From positions 11,919 through 75,918 of the forward strand of contig BPJL01000004.1 of assembly GCA_026004595.1 (NCBI GenBank): 64,000 bases of DNA, in the 5' to 3' direction. Both the position numbers and the translations under genes were made by a program. Source of the DNA: Patescibacteria group bacterium. Its GTDB lineage: Bacteria > Patescibacteriota > WWE3 > UBA101185 > UBA10185. The notes under the pieces are model-generated. The model was not told the DNA's origin. It saw nothing but the letters and a program-made list of their open reading frames with translations, and made no database searches. Positions 28,087 to 40,494 of this stretch are shown piece after piece; position 1 is the stretch's first letter; each line of letters starts with the position of its first letter.

Positions 28087-30387
28087 TTAGCAATTCTTAC
28101 CCTTTTTGGGCGTGATCACGACACTTCCCTCTTTCATAGAAGCGCATAAAGACAAGGGCCTTTTTTCGTGGTGCAATAAATATTCCGCTAGAGAATCTAC
28201 TAATTCCTTTTCGATAGTTCTTCTTAGAGCTCGAGCACCGTATTCAAGAGAGCCTCCCTTCTCTAGTAAGTATTCTTTAACTTCTTTGGCCACGATTAAG
28301 CTAATGTTTTGAGATTTCAAAGTGGCGCTTATCTCTTTTATGAGTAACTCTAGTACCCGAAGCTGACTTTCCTTTTGTAATCTCTTGAAAATAATAACCT
28401 CATCAAACCTGTTTATAAGCTCGGGTTTAAGTATTTTTTTCAGATTGTTTCTCAACCTTCCCTCAACCGTTTTGTCACTAAAAGTCTTTTCTTCAAACCC
28501 GATCTCATTGTTGTGAAGTATTTCCGTTCCTAAATTGCTTGTCAAAATAACGACTGACCTAGAAAAATCGTATGTTGTGCCTTTTGCATCCACGAGCTCC
28601 CCCTCCTCCATTATCTGGAGCAGGATGTTTAGAACATCCGGGTGGGCTTTCTCAATCTCGTCAAACAAGACTACGCTATCTGGCTTAGCCTCGATTTTTG
28701 ACGTCAGTTCGCCGCCTTCACCGTAACCCACATAACCAGGGGGAGCACCAACTAATCTAGCAACTGTATGCTTCTCTGAAAAGTCACTCATGTCTAACCT
28801 AATTAGAGATTTTTCCCCAAAAAACAGATCGGCGACAACTTTGGCCATTTCGGTTTTTCCTACACCTGTTGGCCCCAAAAAGAGAAAGTTGCCTATCGGC
28901 CTTTTTCTTGATCTAAGGCCTAATTTTGATCTAACTAGGCTCTTTGCAACCAGGTTCACCGCCTCATCTTGCCCAACAATTCTTGCCTTCATCTTCTCAG
29001 CCAATAAAGATAAATTTCTCAACCCTGTTTTGTCCTCTTCTATCTCTCGCTCTTCTCTAAAAATGGAGACAGCTTCATTCACATCCTCGGTTGTCATTTT
29101 CAACTTTTTCCCGGATGTGAATATTTTTTCTTCTTTTGATGACAATTTAAGATCGTAGTTCTTTATCTTCTTCCTCAAACGCAGGGCCTTATCAAATTTT
29201 CCCTCGTCCAAAGTGTCGCGCAGTTTGGACAACATATCAAACCTTTTGTCCACTAATTCCTTGTAGCTCTCGGGTATTCGGCTTTTTTTCAAAATAACAT
29301 AGGTGCAGCAGTGATCCATCAAATCTACGCCCTTTTGAGGAAATTTATCGTCGGAAAGAAGCTCTTTTGCCTTTTTGTATATAAGATTAACCATTGATTT
29401 TGATATCCCCACGTTGTGAAACTCACTAAGGTACATAGCCGTGCTTTCAAGAATTTTTTGGGTCTCGCTCTCGGTCGGTTCTACAACCTCCACCGTTCCG
29501 AAGTCTTCAAGAATGTGTTCATTTTCGGCAGAAAGCTTTTCGTACAGGCCCGAAGACATAGTTGCAATTATTTTAATATCTGTTGTGTCTAGAGCCGATT
29601 TGAACATTGAATAAAAAATCGGCATGGCAAAACCTGTAGCAGTGGCAAAAAAGGAGTTCTGAAAGTTTTTAATAAAAAGAATGACACGATTTATAGACCT
29701 CAATTCGTCTGATAATTGAGCGAGCCCCATTTCTATTCCGCTTTTATTCAATAAACTCGTCATAAACGCCAACATATCAAACTCTATAACCTGGTATCCA
29801 ACCAAAGCCGGGGGCACATCTAAAGCAGAAATGTTTCTGGCTAAAAGCTCAACAAGAGCTCTTTTCCCTACTCCCGGATCACCTAATATCAGAACATTTG
29901 GGGTGTTTTTAAGAAGTAGTGATGCTACCAAACTCTCGTATATGGTGCGATACACCAGAGGCTTGTCCATATTCCGCATTGTTTTTTGATTCAAATTTTC
30001 ACCAAAAGCGTCAAGGATAGGTGTCTTTCTGATCTTGTCTACCGATCTCACAGTATTGGGAAAAACACTAAGCTTGATAAGTTCAAATCTCAAACGATGG
30101 TAGTCTGGGGAATCACACATTTTGAAAAGGGCTAAAGTCAGATGTTCGGTGCCAACATACATATGTTCAAAATTGGCGGCTTGCACAAACGCTTCCTTTA
30201 CCAAGTTTGTCTGCGATATCATCTTTCTCTTATTTACAACATAAGAACCAAGCGATTGAAGCAAAGTGTTACCCATCCCGCCCTCTTCCACTATAGCTGC
30301 GAGGTATTTAGCACTAGACACCGCTTCCTTTTCAGGAAGTTTGAGTAGAACCGATTTCGCGCGCTGTGTAAGTCTATCTAATATCAT
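28087..30387 (-). CDS. clpC: Clp/Hsp100-family AAA+ chaperone (ClpC/ClpA-like) with two nucleotide-binding domains
   Basis: Clp N-domain; NBD1 Walker A variant LILGDPGVGKRALVELLA; NBD2 Walker A FLGPTGVGKTEMAK; sensor/arginine-finger regions. The start is taken at MILDRL (30387); the ORF-track start at 30444 is a TTG inside the upstream gene. Confidence 0.8.
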   Translation of the reverse strand: MILDRLTQRAKSVLLKLPEKEAVSSAKYLAAIVEEGGMGNTLLQSLGSYVVNKRKMISQTNLVKEAFVQAANFEHMYVGTEHLTLALFKMCDSPDYHRLRFELIKLSVFPNTVRSVDKIRKTPILDAFGENLNQKTMRNMDKPLVYRTIYESLVASLLLKNTPNVLILGDPGVGKRALVELLARNISALDVPPALVGYQVIEFDMLAFMTSLLNKSGIEMGLAQLSDELRSINRVILFIKNFQNSFFATATGFAMPIFYSMFKSALDTTDIKIIATMSSGLYEKLSAENEHILEDFGTVEVVEPTESETQKILESTAMYLSEFHNVGISKSMVNLIYKKAKELLSDDKFPQKGVDLMDHCCTYVILKKSRIPESYKELVDKRFDMLSKLRDTLDEGKFDKALRLRKKIKNYDLKLSSKEEKIFTSGKKLKMTTEDVNEAVSIFREEREIEEDKTGLRNLSLLAEKMKARIVGQDEAVNLVAKSLVRSKLGLRSRKRPIGNFLFLGPTGVGKTEMAKVVADLFFGEKSLIRLDMSDFSEKHTVARLVGAPPGYVGYGEGGELTSKIEAKPDSVVLFDEIEKAHPDVLNILLQIMEEGELVDAKGTTYDFSRSVVILTSNLGTEILHNNEIGFEEKTFSDKTVEGRLRNNLKKILKPELINRFDEVIIFKRLQKESQLRVLELLIKEISATLKSQNISLIVAKEVKEYLLEKGGSLEYGARALRRTIEKELVDSLAEYLLHHEKRPLSLCASMKEGSVVITPKKGKNC

Positions 30388-30447
30388 GGTTAGCAATCCC
30401 CCGCCGCATAAGGCAGGGGACAAAATTGGTCTGCGTTTGGGCAAATA

Positions 30448-31555
30448 CTATCCTTGTTCGCGTGTACTCAGAGCGAGTTTTTGATTTGTACCATCGACCT
30501 GTATAACTACAGCTTCAACCTCATCGCCTTCTTTAAGAGGAGACGCCGCTTCTGAAACATGAATCAGGCCGTCCAAGCCCTTTTCTATCGTTACAAAAGC
30601 CCCAAAAGGTACAATTTTGCTAACCACCCCCTTTAACCTTCGTGCCTACAGGATATTTTTCCTCCACAGTTTCCCAGGGGTTCGGAGTAAGTCTTTTAAC
30701 GCTTAGCGCGAGCTTCTTGCTTTGTTCATCAACACCTAAAACCATAACTTGAACTGTCTTACCAACTGAAAAATATGACGACGGATTATTCACTTTCTCC
30801 CATGCAATTTCACTAATGTGCACCAGGCCTTCCACCCCGTCCAAGTCAACGAAAACTCCAAATGGCATAATTCCTGTAACTATGCCCTCAAGTATTGTAC
30901 CCGGTTCAATCTCGCGTAGCCTTTTTTCTCGGCTCTCATCGCTATATGTACTCAATGCATCCTTCTCTGAAAGAACAAAACGATTCTTTACAGGATCTAA
31001 CTCTATCACTTTGACCCTAATAACTTTACCCGCAAGAGTTTTTAGTGACTCTTTCAGCTCAGCCTCGCTGCCGGCCGCAAACTTAGCAATATCATTGGCA
31101 AAATGGCTTCTATCTAAATGGGAAAGCGGTATGAAACCTCTCAAACCGAGACAATCGCACAGAAGACCTCCTTTGTTATACTCAAGAATTGTCGCTTCAA
31201 GAACAGAACCGTTTTCAAACGCCTCTTCAGCGCCCTTCCATTTCTTATCCTTTTCAGCTTTTTTGAGGGATAAAACAATGTACCCTTGCATGTTCTCTAC
31301 CTGCACAACTTTGGCGAGAACGGTGTCCCCAAGCTTTAAATGCTTGAAAGACTCATCGGCGTCGGCAAGATCCGACCCCGTAACAATGCCTTCAGATTTT
31401 GCCCCCAAATCGAGCAAAACCTCGTTGTGGGAAACACTAACTACAGTGCCTTCGACAAGATCTCCTGGTCTTAAATCTTTCATCTGAAGATCTTTGTCAG
31501 TAATAAGCTTGGCCATCGCCGAACCCGGCTTATGAACCTTTGATGATTTTGACAT
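30448..31555 (-). CDS. rpsA: 30S ribosomal protein S1, with an apparent +1 frameshift in the last S1 domain
   Basis: Four S1 (OB) domains lie in ORF 30620-31555. A fifth (VVSKIVPFGAFVTIEKGLDGLIHVSE) continues in another frame down to the stop at 30448-30450. The frame switch sits at a C5/G5 homopolymer at 30626-30630. Confidence 0.7.
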
Positions 31556-31725
31556 TGTGGGTTATTTGCCTTTTCAGGCTTCCTGGGAAACCTTCACGGG
31601 CAAAAACCTCCTTTCTCCCCTCTTCGTTGAGGGAACGGGGAGATTATAACTTTATTTGACAGGGAAATCTAGGGGTTTTTGAGTTGACAAAAACTTCAGA
31701 AAAAATCCACAGTCATGTCAATGGC

Positions 31726-32765
31726 GGTTGAAAAATTTGAACAACAGTTAGGAGCAAAAGGGGATCTAAGCAAATTGAATGACAATCAGCTAAAAGAGGC
31801 AGAAAAAAGTAGTAAAACTTGAAACCGAGATAAAAGAAAGGGCTGAAACTCCCAAGCACGATGAAATGTTGGATGTATTCCGTGGTGGAAAAAGAGAAAC
31901 AAAGTGGGATACCGCAGAAGATACTTTGGACAAAGCATTCAGAGATAACGGGGTAGAAGATTTTGACCTCACAAAAGTAAAAAGGCTCGAACATAATGAA
32001 CTCCCGAATTTCAACGAGGGAAGAGAGAAAGGCAAGCCACAAATTTACTACAAACAGGTGATGGTTGAGAAACAGAGAAACATTTTTGAAAAACTTCGCG
32101 ACCGAAAATCCAACAGAGAGCTCGAGATGATACCTTCAGATCAGGTTCTGGTTATTGTCAACATGAACAACGGTGAGAAACCTGAAAATAACACCGTAGT
32201 TTGCATGCTAGCAAGACAAAAGGACGGGAAACTTGATAAAACCGACAGCTCTGCGCTAAATACACTGGAATCCGAAGAACAATACCTTAAAACAGCCGGA
32301 TCAAAAAGCTCCTCTTCTGATTCAAGATTTCGACGGGGAGAACTAACAACACAAGGGTATAGAAAAGTTTACAAAGGCGAAACCGGACATTCTATAGAAG
32401 ATTATTGGAAAGATTGGGATAAAAATGTGGAAAAAACCGTCGATTATCATAAATCGGAAAAGTACAAGGCAACCCTTATGGAAAGGCTCAACGAAGATTA
32501 TACAAGAATACTAGCCGAAACCCAGCAAAGAAAAGAAGAAATCATCAACGAAACAAAGAAAAGGCTTGAAGCAAATAAGGAGAAAAAAAGAAAATTGATT
32601 ACGGACATAGACTTCACGTTGCTTCTTGAAAACCTTTACCAAATCCAGAAAAGCGGCGCCGAGAAGGACATAAAAAGAATGGAAAAACTTAGATCTTTGT
32701 ACAGCAAAGCGTTCTCGGAATATAGATGGGACGAACTTTGGGAGAAAGGCGACCTGCTGGTATGA
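31726..32765 (+). CDS. Hypothetical charged (K/E-rich) protein; the N-terminal exon is frameshifted at an A6 run
   Basis: The ORF starting at ATG 31726 (MSMAVEKFEQQLGAKGDLSKLNDNQLKEAEK) stops shortly after the A6 run at 31801-31806. Removing one A fuses it in frame to ORF 31866-32765. No recognisable domain. Confidence 0.4.
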
Positions 32766-33091
32766 ACAGGGAAACACTACAAAAATACATAAAAATAATC
32801 AGGAAAACGGGCACAAACGAACCTTTGAAAGACGCGATAGTGGGTTTTTTGGAAACTTATGACGGCACGAACAAGGAGGAGCTAGATATACTAGTTTTTG
32901 CCCTGTTAACAACACTAGTCAGAATGGACGATCTTGAGGTAAAAGAAGATGCATACGATGCTCTTTTGCTGGACAAAGAGCTTTTTGATCTAGACATTAG
33001 TGAGATAAAAAGACGGTACTCAGAATTGATTTCTGGGAAATTTCTCCCTGATCCCCCCGCTAGTACGGGAACTTCTTCGCCAACGGAATAA
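32762..33091 (+). CDS. Hypothetical protein (110 aa), start coupled to the upstream gene by an ATGA overlap
   Basis: MNRETLQKYIKIIRKTGTNEPLKDAIVGFLETYDG...; no recognisable motif. Confidence 0.4.
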   Translation: MNRETLQKYIKIIRKTGTNEPLKDAIVGFLETYDGTNKEELDILVFALLTTLVRMDDLEVKEDAYDALLLDKELFDLDISEIKRRYSELISGKFLPDPPASTGTSSPTE

Positions 33092-33127
33092 TTGAAAAAG
33101 GCACGCCCCTACCCCTGCGCAGAAAAA

Positions 33128-33407
33128 CAAAACCCCGGCGACGACCTTATGTCAGACGATATAGTGCGAAGCGCTATAGCCCTGACGAGGGCGAAGCGAG
33201 TACAAAGGATGATAAGCACACAAAACTTCTAAATCAAGGTAAAAGCTTGGGGGAAAACGACAAAACCCCGGCGACGACCTTATGTCAGACGATATAGTGC
33301 GAAGCGCTATAGCCCTGACGAGGGCGAAGCGAGTACAAAGGATGATAAGCACACAAAACTTCTAAATCAAGGTAAAAGCTTGGGGGAAAACGACAAAACC
33401 CCGGCGA

Positions 33408-33415
<8 letters not shown>
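33128..33415. repeat. Tandem direct repeat: two complete 133-bp units plus a partial third that merges into the 5S rRNA 3' end
   Basis: Units begin at 33128, 33261 and 33394 (period 133). Each starts with caaaaccccggcgacgacct, the complement of the 5S 3' terminus AGGTCGTCGCCGGGGTTTTG. Confidence 0.85.
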
Positions 33416-33518
<103 letters not shown>

Positions 33519-34031
33519 CCCCCAAAACTAAATTTGGTTGTCAAAAGCTTCGGATTCGGTTTAGTAACATAAACCGTCCTGCCCAAAAGCAGCAAAAAGC
33601 TCACTGGAAACCAAACAGAAAGTCTAATAATCACAAAAATTCAACACCAACTCGTTAAGTAAATAAAGACGCACAAATATTAGTACCGCTCGGCTCAACA
33701 CATTGCTGTGCTTACACCTACGGCCTATCAACCTGGTAATCTCCCAGGATTTGTGTCCGCTCGAGGCGGATCGGCTTTAATCTCGAGGTTTGCTTCGTGC
33801 TTAGATGCTTTCAGCACTTATCAAGTCAGGACGTAGCTACCCAGCAATGCCCTTGGCAGGACAACTGGTACACCAGAGGTTCTGTCATTCCGGTCCTCTC
33901 GTACTAGGAATGAGTCCTCTCAAAGCCAAACGCTCGTTGTGGAAAGAGACCGAACTGTCTCACGACGTTCTTAACCCATCTAACGCGCCACTTTAACCGG
34001 CGAACAGCCGGACCCTTGGAACCTCAACCTT

Positions 34032-34726
34032 CCAATATTACTATTGGGGTAAGACTATACCTTTACCATGGCATTTATGTCACCAAAAATGCTTTAGGTA
34101 CGAGCCGTGTGATAGAAACAACGTTCTATCTCATTCTGCAGTTTGTGAACGCAGAAATCAGTCGTTACGGGAGTCATTAACTTGGATCATTGAACTGAAG
34201 TTTTTGCGTCTATTTCTTGAACGGACGTTTAAACTTGCCAATGCATCCGCTAATCGTGCCGCTTCAAATAATGATTCTTTTATCATTATCTTAATGTTCA
34301 GGATTTTAATGGCTAACAGTGCTTGTCTCCTTTTTGTGTGCAAAAAGGAACTAATTTGCGTTAGTAAAAACAAAACATCACGTTGGTTCCATACTACCCA
34401 CTCAAAAGTGGATCCACACTTCCTGACGGAACCCGATCCTGTCATGTCCACTAACCAGGCAACGTGCTTTTCCAGCATTTGGGAAATTTTCAGCACTACC
34501 CCGGATTCTATATCCGAGTAGCTTCTCCGAATGCTTTTCGATCGTTGCCATAATTGCACCGTCCCCCATCTATAAATCCAGCCAGATAGGCACTATTAAC
34601 TTCAGTTAGTAACTTTCCCACGGTATTGACCTTTCATTTGCTAAACCAAAGAAACTTCAAGGCTTCCACCGTTTTGGACTCGTTTATTACCTTGGCGTTT
34701 CCACCAAGGAGAGTAAGTTAAGTTTG
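34032..34726 (-). mobile_element. Insertion (probable group I intron) in 23S domain V/VI, homologous to E. coli ~2593; contains a 133-aa ORF (34158-34559)
   Basis: Exon sequence CAUCCUGGAGCUGGAG (~34726-34741) and GGUUGAGGUUCCAAGGGUCCGGCUGUUCGCC (resuming ~34032) are contiguous in uninterrupted 23S rRNAs but lie ~695 nt apart here. The internal ORF has no recognisable nuclease motif. Boundaries are +/-10 nt. Confidence 0.6.
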
Positions 34727-34796
34727 CTCCAGCTCCAGGATGTGACGAGACGACATCGAGGTGCCAAACCTTGCCGCCGCTATGGACGCTCGGGCA

Positions 34797-34832
<36 letters not shown>

Positions 34833-35157
34833 ATAAGTTCCGGGCCTACCACTAGGCACACGGAAGATCACTAAGCCCTACTTTCGTATCTGCTCGACTT
34901 GTAGGTCTCGCAGTCAAGCTCTCATATACCTTTACGCTTACAGCGCCATTTCCATCGGCGCTAAGAGAACCTTTGGGCTCCTGCGTTATCTTTTAGCAGG
35001 AATCCGCCCCCAGATAAACTGCCCGCCAGGCATTGTCCTCCCTGCAGGTCATGCAGGGCAGTAAGGCTCTCAGAGCCAGAAGAGAGGTGTTTCATTGGCG
35101 ATACATACAAGTATGGATCTCCCTCCTACGCTACACATCTAACACCGATTACCAATA

Positions 35158-35194
<37 letters not shown>

Positions 35195-35262
35195 AACAAC
35201 GAGTAACCGGCATCTTCACCGGTAGTTCAATTTCACCGAGCTCGTGATTAAGAGAGTGCTCA

Positions 35263-35583
<321 letters not shown>

Positions 35584-35614
35584 CACTTACCCGACAAGGG
35601 ATTACGCTCAAATC

Positions 35615-36706
35615 CTATCTTCTTCGCAAATTGCGAATCCAGGTAGCACCCTGTCAATGCCACCGCTGCATGTCGCCATGCAGATGCGACTATATCTTCT
35701 CCATCGAGTTCGAGGGGAGTCCGGCGTGTAGTCTGTGAGGATTCTCGCCTAGATAAGCGAGCCTTTCCTGCTGATTGTCCGCACTGGCAAGATTTTCACC
35801 GCGATGAGCGGTACTTCCAGATTCTCGGAGTTTCCAGCATATAGCCGAATTTTACTATGGCAGCGATTTAAACCATAGAACAGTTCACGATTGTTACTCA
35901 TCCGCCTCTTTAAAGCGGAAGGGTCCCAACATTTCTGTGGGACTCTGTGTGTCGCCACACAGGTCGGACTATATCATTCTCACTTTCACGTGAGACCTGG
36001 CGTATAGTCTCTGAGGATTTTCCGAAGACATCTTCAATGGAGTATTTTCGCTTTCTACCCCTCCCCTCATTCAACTTCTCTCTAATCTTAAGAATTTCGT
36101 AAAAGGATTGCGAGTTTAAGGGCTTTTTATTAGCGATGAAGCTAATTTCCTTAAAAAGCTCGTAATTCCTCTGTTTACTTGAAGAGAGAAATCTGAAGGC
36201 ATCGAAGTAAGGTATAACCTTGGTTATTATATCTTTTGGCTTTGTAACATCGTAAGAATATAAACCATCGCATTTTCTTGTTTTTATGATCCCGCAATTC
36301 AGTGTGTTTTTGATTATTCTCAAAACGGTTAAATCTTTTTGAGAAATGTTAAAACTTAACACTATTTGCCATCCAATACGATAGTCGTTCTTACGTCGGA
36401 GAGAAACATTAAAACTTCCTTCCCCGTCAACAAAACCTGCAATGTAATAACCTAGTCCTTGGAAACTTTCCTGCTGATTGTCCGCACTTGGTACATTTTT
36501 ACTAGACATACCCGAATAATATACGAATATAGCTAGTAGCCCAAGATTCTTTTTTCTAATGAAATTAGAGACACCATGTCTTTTGTAAAAGCATGGACGG
36601 ATATTCCAGCATATGGCCAAGTTTTTCCTTAAACCTTCACGGTTCAAGGGAGCATCGACTATTCGCTGCTTCATGCAACGAAGATGCTCTCAACTACGAC
36701 TTCTTC
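35615..36706 (-). mobile_element. Composite insertion in 23S at the site homologous to E. coli ~1917-1923: a LAGLIDADG-ORF intron plus a related ORF-less copy
   Basis: The exon ends ...GCAGUAACUAU at 36707 and resumes near ...GAGCGUAAUCCCUUGUCGGG (~35600-35615). The interval holds the LAGLIDADG ORF. It also carries two copies of a conserved segment, GGCUAUAUGCUGG...AGUGCGGACAAUCAGCAGGAAAGG (complement of ~35760-35940 and ~36470-36630), that reappears in the 16S intron. Confidence 0.55.
35910..36511 (-). CDS. Single-motif LAGLIDADG homing endonuclease (intron-encoded, I-CreI-like)
   Basis: MSSKNVPSADNQQESFQGLGYYIAGFVDGEGSFNVSLRRKNDYRIGWQIVLSFNISQKDLTVLRIIK... carries the canonical LAGLIDADG dodecapeptide (YIAGFVDGEGSF), with a ~160-aa single-domain length. 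The start is chosen at Met56 of the ORF-track protein; the upstream 55 codons translate conserved intron RNA. Confidence 0.7.
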
Positions 36707-37540
36707 ATAGTTACTGCTGGCCGTTCACCCGGGCTTAAACCAAAAGCTCATTCCAACCTAAGTTGGAAATCACCCCCGGCCTTGACCTACGGGCACTGGG
36801 CAGGCGTCGGCCCCTATACATCCCATTACTGGTTTAGCAGAGACCTGTGTTTTTGTTAAACAGCCGCTTGAGCCATTTTTGTGCCCCCTACCTACTTCCT
36901 GCTTTCGCAGGCTCGTGGCAGGGCATCCTTTTCCCGAAGTTACGGATGTAATTTGCCTAGTTCCTCAACCACGATTCGCTCGTTCGCCTTAGTATTCTCT
37001 ACCCACCTACCTGTGTCGGTTTGCGGTACGAATTCTGCAAGATCTCCCTAGAGACTTTTCCTGGAAGCTTGCGTGGCACCAAATTATCCGCCTTGCGGCA
37101 GACTTTCCCTAAGCTCGACGTAACGCCTGTGCGGATTTGCCTACACAGACTGCCTTGCTTTTGGGACTCAAATCCTTAATGAGCTTGGTCCATCATGCTC
37201 CGTCCTCCCCTCGGTGATAACGATCTTACAGAAGTGCAGGAATATTAACCTGCTATCCATCGGGTACGCCTTTCGGCCTCCCCTTAGGGTCGACTAACCC
37301 TCCGATGACTGACATAGCGGAGGAACCCTTAGGTTTTCGGCGGAATGGGTTTTCACCATTCTCTCGTTACTCATGCCAGCATTCTCACTTGATGCCGCTC
37401 CAGCATCCCTCACGGGTACACCTTCACAGCTGCATCAAAGCTCCCCTACCACTTGCTGAAACATTGCTGCAACAGCAAATCCATAGCTTCGGTATTATGC
37501 TTGAGCCCCGTTAAATCGTCGGCGCGAAATCGTTCAACTA

Positions 37541-37591
<51 letters not shown>

Positions 37592-38153
37592 AGCTGTCTT
37601 AACGATCTCACTTCCTTGCCCACTAAGCATAATTTAGGGACCTTAGCTGATGGTCCGGGTTGTTTCCCTTTTGTGCCACGAGATTTCCCCGCAGCACTGA
37701 CTCCTTGGAACACTTTGCGCATTCGGAGTTTGGTAGGAGTGGGTACACTTGCGCGCCCCATCCCCTTTCAGTATCTCTACCTCGCAAAGTTGTATAACAA
37801 GGGCTATACCTAAATATATTTCGGGGAGAACCAGCTATCGCCAAGTTCGTTTAGCGTTTCACCCCTAACCACAGCTCATCCGAGCGTTTTTCCTCACACA
37901 ACGGTTCGGACCTCCACCCTGATTTCGCAGGGTTTCATCCTGGCCATGGTTAGCTCACCTGGCTTCGGGTCTAATAAAATGGACTAAGCGCCCTTTTAAG
38001 ACTCGGTTTCCCTACGCCTTCGCCGCAAACACGGCTTAAGCTCGCCCAATTTATTAACTCGCTGGCTCATTCTTCAATAGGCACGGCATTACCCTTGCGG
38101 GCTTTGCCAGCTTGTCTGCATACGGTTTCAGTATCTATTTCACTCCCCTAACA

Positions 38154-38184
<31 letters not shown>

Positions 38185-38924
38185 ATGCGCTATCGGTGTC
38201 TTCGCGTATTTAGCCTTACGACGTGGACGTCGCTTATTCACACAGGGTTACACGTGTCCCGTGCTACTCAAGATCAACCCAAGAGATTTTCCCGTTTCGG
38301 ATACAGGGCTGTTACCTTCTGTGGCGTAACTTTCCAGATAGCTTCTCCTACGGAAAAATTTTCTACACTCTTTTGTGATTTAACACTAGGGTTGTCTGTA
38401 CCCCCATATACTTTGTTCAAAGATTTGGACTGTCGGCTTACACCGCCAATCCTTTCTAAGAACAAAATGGGTTTGGGCTGTTCCCCGTTCGCTCGCCGCT
38501 ACTAGGAGAATACCTAACTTGGTCTCTTTTCCTCCGGCTACTAAGTTGTTTCAGTTCGCCGAGTTCCCTCTCAATTGCCTATAACCGCTTGCGCAGCCTT
38601 CAGCAATTAGTAACCTCGCCTTATCAGCGGGCTGGGTTTCCCCATTCGGAAATCCCCGAGTAATAACGCTTCGTAGCAGCTCCTCGAGGCTTATGGCAGC
38701 TTAGCACCTCCTTCATCGGCGCGAAGACCCAAGGCATCCACCATATGCATTAGTATCTTTACTTACTTTTGAACACAATCGCTTGTGTTCGGCGAAACCA
38801 TCGGCTTGCGCCAACGGCTTCAATTGAATCGTGAAATTGAATCTTTGTTGATAAAAGACTTTCTGTTCAGTTTTCAAAGAGCTTTATGCAAAAAAATTGC
38901 TTTCCTGCCCCACCAGTCTTTTTC

Positions 38925-39001
38925 TGGTGGACCGTAGGAGATTCGAACTCCTGGCCTCTACATTGCAAATGTAGCGCTCTAGCCAACTGAGCTAACGGCC
39001 C
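38925..39001 (-). tRNA. tRNA-Ala (anticodon UGC)
   Basis: Reverse complement gggccgttagctcagttggctagagcgctacatttgcaatgtagaggccaggagttcgaatctcctacggtccacca shows G3:U70, anticodon loop tt-TGC-aa, and an encoded CCA. Confidence 0.85.
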
Positions 39002-39166
39002 TGAAGCATTGAAAGCTAGATCAGTTTATCCAAAGATAAACGTATTTTCAATACGCTTCAGAGAGCACGCCTATTAATAATAAAAGTCGGAGATTCAGAG
39101 CTTACTAACTTCCGTCAAAGCGGAAGGAAGGTAAATTCCTTAATTAAGGCAAGGGTATTTTTAACA

Positions 39167-40173
39167 CTATTTTCTCGCTGTGTCAATGACATTAAACAGC
39201 GCTGCAGCAAGCTTTTGCGGCGAGTGGCGTATCATGCTTCTTTTAACTTTATCGGAGCTTGAAAAAATGACTTTATCATGAGACAAAAGCTTTTCACGTA
39301 TTATCTTCGCGCCCCTGTACCTTTCCTCCGGAAGATCATCCTCAACCCAAACTGTCCCATCTATAGTGTAATAATGATCAAGCAGATCCTGAGGAGGGCG
39401 TTCAGTATTAAGCAAAATATAATTTACATAATTCCCGCCCAAATACTTGATCACCTCGTCAACATGTTTTGATACAGGAAACCCATCTGTTTGCCCCAAA
39501 TGAGTCATAAGATTACTCACATACACGATTTTTGCCTTGGTGAACTTAAAAACTTCCTTCATTCCCTCTACGAGAAGGTTGGGAATTATGCTTGTGTATA
39601 AATCCCCCGGCCCCAGCACTATGAAATCTGCTCTTTCCAATGCTTTTTTTGCGTCAAGGTTCATAAGAGCGGGCGAAGACAAATATACTTCCGTAAGAGC
39701 GGGGTGATTGCGCTGAACCGATTCTATGCTATGTTCCCCCTCTATTACAGAGCCATCAGCGTATCTAGCACATAAAGTCGCTTTGGTAAAGGTTACTGGG
39801 TAAACTGAACCGCTTGTTTGCAAAATTTGAGCGGCCAAGTCTATCGCCTCCTGGTTTGATCCCGTTATTTTTTCAAGAGCTGAAATGAAAATGTTTCCGA
39901 AATTGTGCCCTTGAAGATCGCCAGCATCAAATCTATAGGTAAAAAGTTTCCGCCAAATTTCCTGCGACTGTGAAAGGGCGACCAAAGCTTGCCTCACGTC
40001 TCCGGGCGGTAAAACCCCAAGCTGATCCCGCAAACGGCCTGTAGAACCTCCCGAATCCATCATTGTCACAACAGCGCTAAGCTCAACAGGATATTCTTTA
40101 AGGCCTGAAAGGGCAACAAAAGTTCCGGTGCCCCCTCCAACTACAACAACCGACGGCTGGGGTTTTGTCATAA
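39167..40173 (-). CDS. yvcK: YvcK/CofD-like (UPF0052, gluconeogenesis factor family) protein, located between the 16S and 23S genes on the rRNA strand
   Basis: VVVVGGGTGTFVALSGLK...VVTMMDSGGSTGRLRDQLGVLPPGDVRQ matches the family signature. The start is taken at MTKPQ (40173); the ORF-track start at 40291 is a TTG. Confidence 0.75.
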
Positions 40174-40314
40174 GTGATGTATATAATACAAGGGATATGG
40201 TTGGGTGGCAAAGTACGTGGACTCTGCCAAGGCACTGTGCTAGAATTTGCACAGCTTTCAGCGCTTTTGGAGTTTGGCTCCTGGAACACAACTCCTGGAA
40301 AGCTGACCATGGGT

Positions 40315-40391
<77 letters not shown>

Positions 40392-40461
40392 CTGACTTTC
40401 GTCTTTTTGGCCGACCAGAACCGCGGCGTAAGGCTCGCGCTACCAAAGATCCTGTAAAAAA

Positions 40462-40494
40462 CAAAAAACCTCCTTTCTTTGGAGGTGTTTTTTG
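40462..40494. terminator. Bidirectional rho-independent terminator (aaaaaacctcc-tttcttt-ggaggtgtttttt)
   Basis: A GC-rich 5-7-bp stem flanked by an A-tract and a T-tract. It lies downstream of tRNA-Ile on the plus strand and ~380 nt downstream of the 16S 3' end on the minus strand. Confidence 0.65.

Noticed and set aside
33152-33352. 66-aa ORF spanning the 133-bp tandem repeats
   Set aside because: It is generated by the repeat itself and lies antisense to nothing conserved. It sits in the 5S 3'-flank duplication and is not a gene.
34204-34521. Plus-strand 105-aa ORF and minus-strand 133-aa ORF inside the 23S 2593-site insertion as possible homing endonuclease genes
   Set aside because: Neither shows LAGLIDADG, GIY-YIG, HNH or His-Cys box motifs. 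The minus-strand ORF is kept only as an annotation note inside the intron feature.
38905-38930. Hairpin ccaccag-aaaaaga-ctggtgg directly abutting the 3' CCA of tRNA-Ala(UGC), resembling a terminator between tRNA-Ala and 23S
   Set aside because: Half of the stem is the tRNA acceptor/CCA end itself, and a terminator here would block 23S transcription. It is more likely coincidental complementarity or a processing-related structure.
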